Notes under the pieces: generated by a model
The model's database searches: none
What the model saw: the letters and a program-made list of their open reading frames with translations, nothing else
Told to the model about the DNA's origin: nothing
Shown: positions 52,831 to 55,340 of the stretch, in pieces
Numbering within the stretch: position 1 is the stretch's first letter
How the letters are laid out: every line of letters begins with the position of its first letter
Assembly (NCBI GenBank): GCA_033762915.1
Contig: JANRLD010000038.1
Span: 1-55,340 of the forward strand
Direction: 5' to 3'
Source: Meiothermus sp.
GTDB taxonomy: Bacteria > Deinococcota > Deinococci > Deinococcales > Thermaceae
Length of the DNA: 55,340 nucleotides
Program-made: the position numbers and the translations under genes

Positions 52831-53886
52831 GTGAGCAACATTCCAGTCTTCGACGGCCACAACGACGTGCTGCTGGCGTACCACACGGGCGAGCGGGGCG
52901 ACTCGAGCTTCCTCGAGCGCTCCGACAAGGGCCACCTGGACTTCCCGAGGGCCAGAGAGGGCGGCTTCGCGGGGGGGTTCTTCGCGGTCTACTCGCCCGG
53001 ACCCAGCCACAAGGACAAGCCGGAGGTGGTGCAGGCCGTCGGGGGGCACGTCGTGCCGATGTCACCGCCGCGGGGCCAGCAGGAGGCGCTGCAGGACACC
53101 CTGGCGATGGCGGCGCAGCTGTTCCGCATCGAGCGCACCTCGGCAGGGGCGTTCAAGGTGGTGCGGACGGTCGGCGAGCTCGAGCACTGCCTCCAGTCCG
53201 GCGTGATGGCGGCGATCTTCCATATCGAGGGGGCCGAGGCCATCGACCCTGGGCTCGAGGCGCTCGAGGTGCTCTACCAGGCTGGGCTGCGCTCCATCGG
53301 GCCGGTCTGGAGCCGCCCCAACCTGTTCGGCAGCGGGGTGCCCTTCAGCTTCCCGCTGCAGCCCGACTGCGGCGACGGCCTGACCCCCTGGGGCAAGGAC
53401 ATGGTGCGGCTGTGCGGGGAGCTGGGCATCATGGTGGACCTCTCGCACATCACCGCCAAGGGCTTCTGGGACGTGCACAAGCTCAGCACGAAGCCGCTGG
53501 TCGCCACCCACTCCAACGCCCACGCGCTCTCCAACACGGCCCGCAACCTCACCGACGACCAGCTCGCCGCCGTGGCCGAGACCGACGGGATGGTGGGGCT
53601 CAACTTCGCGGTGACCTTCCTGCGCGAGGACGGCAAGCGGGAGCCCAATACCCCACTGGAGACCATGGTGCGCCACATCGACTATCTGGTGGAGCGGGTG
53701 GGCGTGGACCGGGTGGGGTTCGGCTCCGACTTCGACGGCGCCACCATCCCCGAGCCGATGGGCGACGTGACCGGGCTGCCCAAGCTGGTCGAGGCCCTAC
53801 GCGCCCACGGCTACGACCAGGAAAGTCTCGAGAAGATCGCCCACAAGAACTGGGTGCGGGTGCTCAAAAAGACTTGGACTCAGTGA
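52831..53886 (+). CDS. Membrane dipeptidase (M19)
   Basis: DGHND, HIEGAE, DLSH, ATHSN, RNLTD, GSDFDG. Confidence 0.93.
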   Translation: MSNIPVFDGHNDVLLAYHTGERGDSSFLERSDKGHLDFPRAREGGFAGGFFAVYSPGPSHKDKPEVVQAVGGHVVPMSPPRGQQEALQDTLAMAAQLFRIERTSAGAFKVVRTVGELEHCLQSGVMAAIFHIEGAEAIDPGLEALEVLYQAGLRSIGPVWSRPNLFGSGVPFSFPLQPDCGDGLTPWGKDMVRLCGELGIMVDLSHITAKGFWDVHKLSTKPLVATHSNAHALSNTARNLTDDQLAAVAETDGMVGLNFAVTFLREDGKREPNTPLETMVRHIDYLVERVGVDRVGFGSDFDGATIPEPMGDVTGLPKLVEALRAHGYDQESLEKIAHKNWVRVLKKTWTQ

Positions 53887-54102
53887 GGCCCGAAATCCCA
53901 CTTGAGAAGTACCGGGCCTTCTGCGCTTCGGTACGTCGGGCCCGCCGGCCCGCGCCCTTAAGTGCCATCACGTGCGCGATTTCCTCCGGGTGTTGATTGG
54001 CAGCGCTTTGAGTTTCAAGCATGGAGCCCCTTAGACCCTCGACCCGAACGCTCTTGTACCCCGCATCACGGGCCAAGGGATCGGGCCCATGAGTCGGCCC
54101 AC

Positions 54103-55149
54103 CTAACGCCGCCGGGCCCCGCAGGACTCGCGGACGATCAACGGCGTCTCGAGTCGGACGTGGTTTTGCGGCGGGGGATTGCCCTGCATAAGCCCCGAGA
54201 GCATCTCCACCGCGATCTGTCCGTGCTCGATGGCCGAGACCCTGACGGTGGTCAGGGGCGGAGCCATGTAGGGGGCGGTGGGGATGTCATCATAGCCAAC
54301 CACGGCGATGTCGTCGGGGATCCGCAGACCCTTCTCGCGGATGGCTGCCATCGCGCCCAGCGCGATGGTGTCGTTGCCGGCGAATAGGGCGGTAGGGTAA
54401 GGCTTTCGCTGTAGCAGTTGGTGCATGGCCTGGTACCCGCTGGCCGCGCTGTAGTTGCCGTACTTTACCAGTGCTTTGCTATAGCCGATGCCAGCAGCCT
54501 CGAGGGCCCGTCGGTAGCCCAGGTGGCGGTCGTGGGTGGCGGCGTACTCCTCGGGCGCGAATGTGATGTGGGCTATGCGTCGGTGACTCAAGGCGATTAG
54601 ATGGCCGGTGACGGTATGGGCTGAGCCCAGCCCGTCGGTCTCTACCGAGTAGGTCTGGGCCTCGAGCCCGGGCCACTCCCTGAAGCCCAGGAGCACCACC
54701 GGGAAATTTCGCCGGATCAGCTCAGGCAGCTGACGGTCGTCGGAACGGGTGTTGAGCACGATCAGACCGTCGATCCGCTGGCCGCGCACCAAGTCGGTGT
54801 AGGCGTCCGGCTTGGACACGTCGGCGACGGTCTCCAGCAGCACCCGATAGCCATGCTGGTGGGCGGTGTGGCTCAGGCCGTAGAGCACCTGGGGGATGAA
54901 GGCGTCGACCTGGAGGTGCTCGGCGTGCGAGACCACCAGCCCGATGGCCAGGCTCTGCCCGCTCACCAGGCTGCGGGCCGCAGCATTGGGCACGTAACCC
55001 AGTTCCTCGGCGGCCCGGAACACCCGAAGGCGGGTCTCCTCGCTGATGCTAGCGCCGGGCACGTCGTTCAGCACGAATGAGACGGTAGTGCGCGAGACCC
55101 CGGCCCGCTTGGCGACCTGCTGGCTAGTAACTCGGCGCTTGGCAATCAT
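54103..55149 (-). CDS. LacI family transcriptional regulator
   Basis: VA.RAGVSRTTVS.VLN, GY.PN.AARSL, IPDDIAVVGYDD, PPLTTV. Confidence 0.95.
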   Translation of the reverse strand: MIAKRRVTSQQVAKRAGVSRTTVSFVLNDVPGASISEETRLRVFRAAEELGYVPNAAARSLVSGQSLAIGLVVSHAEHLQVDAFIPQVLYGLSHTAHQHGYRVLLETVADVSKPDAYTDLVRGQRIDGLIVLNTRSDDRQLPELIRRNFPVVLLGFREWPGLEAQTYSVETDGLGSAHTVTGHLIALSHRRIAHITFAPEEYAATHDRHLGYRRALEAAGIGYSKALVKYGNYSAASGYQAMHQLLQRKPYPTALFAGNDTIALGAMAAIREKGLRIPDDIAVVGYDDIPTAPYMAPPLTTVRVSAIEHGQIAVEMLSGLMQGNPPPQNHVRLETPLIVRESCGARRR

Positions 55150-55171
55150 GCTGGAGCAAGTATATGTGAGG

Positions 55172-55340
55172 TTAAGCGTGTAAGGCCTGAGTTTTTTCCC
55201 GCAGGTTCTCGGGTATCCACTCGCCGTGGGCCGCCAGCAGCTCATCCACCAGGCTCCAGATCTGGTCCAGGTCCAGCTCCGCCGCAGTGTGCGGGTCCAG
55301 CATGGCCGCGTGGTACAGGTGCTCTCGCCTGCCAGTGAGC
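55172..55340 (-). CDS. melA: GH4 alpha-galactosidase/glucosidase, C-terminal end (partial)
   Basis: Manual translation LYHAAMLDPHTAAELDLDQIWSLVDELLAAHGEWIP...* is typical of MelA C-termini. Confidence 0.85.
   Translation of the reverse strand, partial: LTGRREHLYHAAMLDPHTAAELDLDQIWSLVDELLAAHGEWIPENLREKTQALHA

Overview
GC-rich chromosomal window from a Deinococcota bacterium, most like the Meiothermus group (inferred from gene content, leaderless -10 promoters and heavy CTCGAG over-representation). Housekeeping genes lie at both ends: pilC, scpB, rarA, a thiolase, tkt, maf-mreC-mreD-mrdA and the melA 3' end. The 5' end of an IS200/IS605 Y1 transposase sits at the left edge. The centre (about 17.6-39.0 kb) is a roughly 21-kb PQQ-quinoprotein island with no pqq biosynthesis genes in the window. 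It encodes a PqqT-like ABC importer, a PedBC-like ABC-2 pair, two MxaJ/XoxJ-like proteins and a di-heme cytochrome c. It also encodes a sorbose-dehydrogenase/DepA-type PQQ dehydrogenase, a membrane-anchored paralogue whose catalytic Asp is replaced by Gly, and a MoxR-DUF58-VWA module, plus an inverted truncated VWA copy. Spacer signals include short 'relay' ORFs that keep translational coupling across operon spacers, a ~90-105 bp MITE-like repeat family and degenerate heptamer arrays. All family assignments come from motif recognition by eye; no database searches were run.
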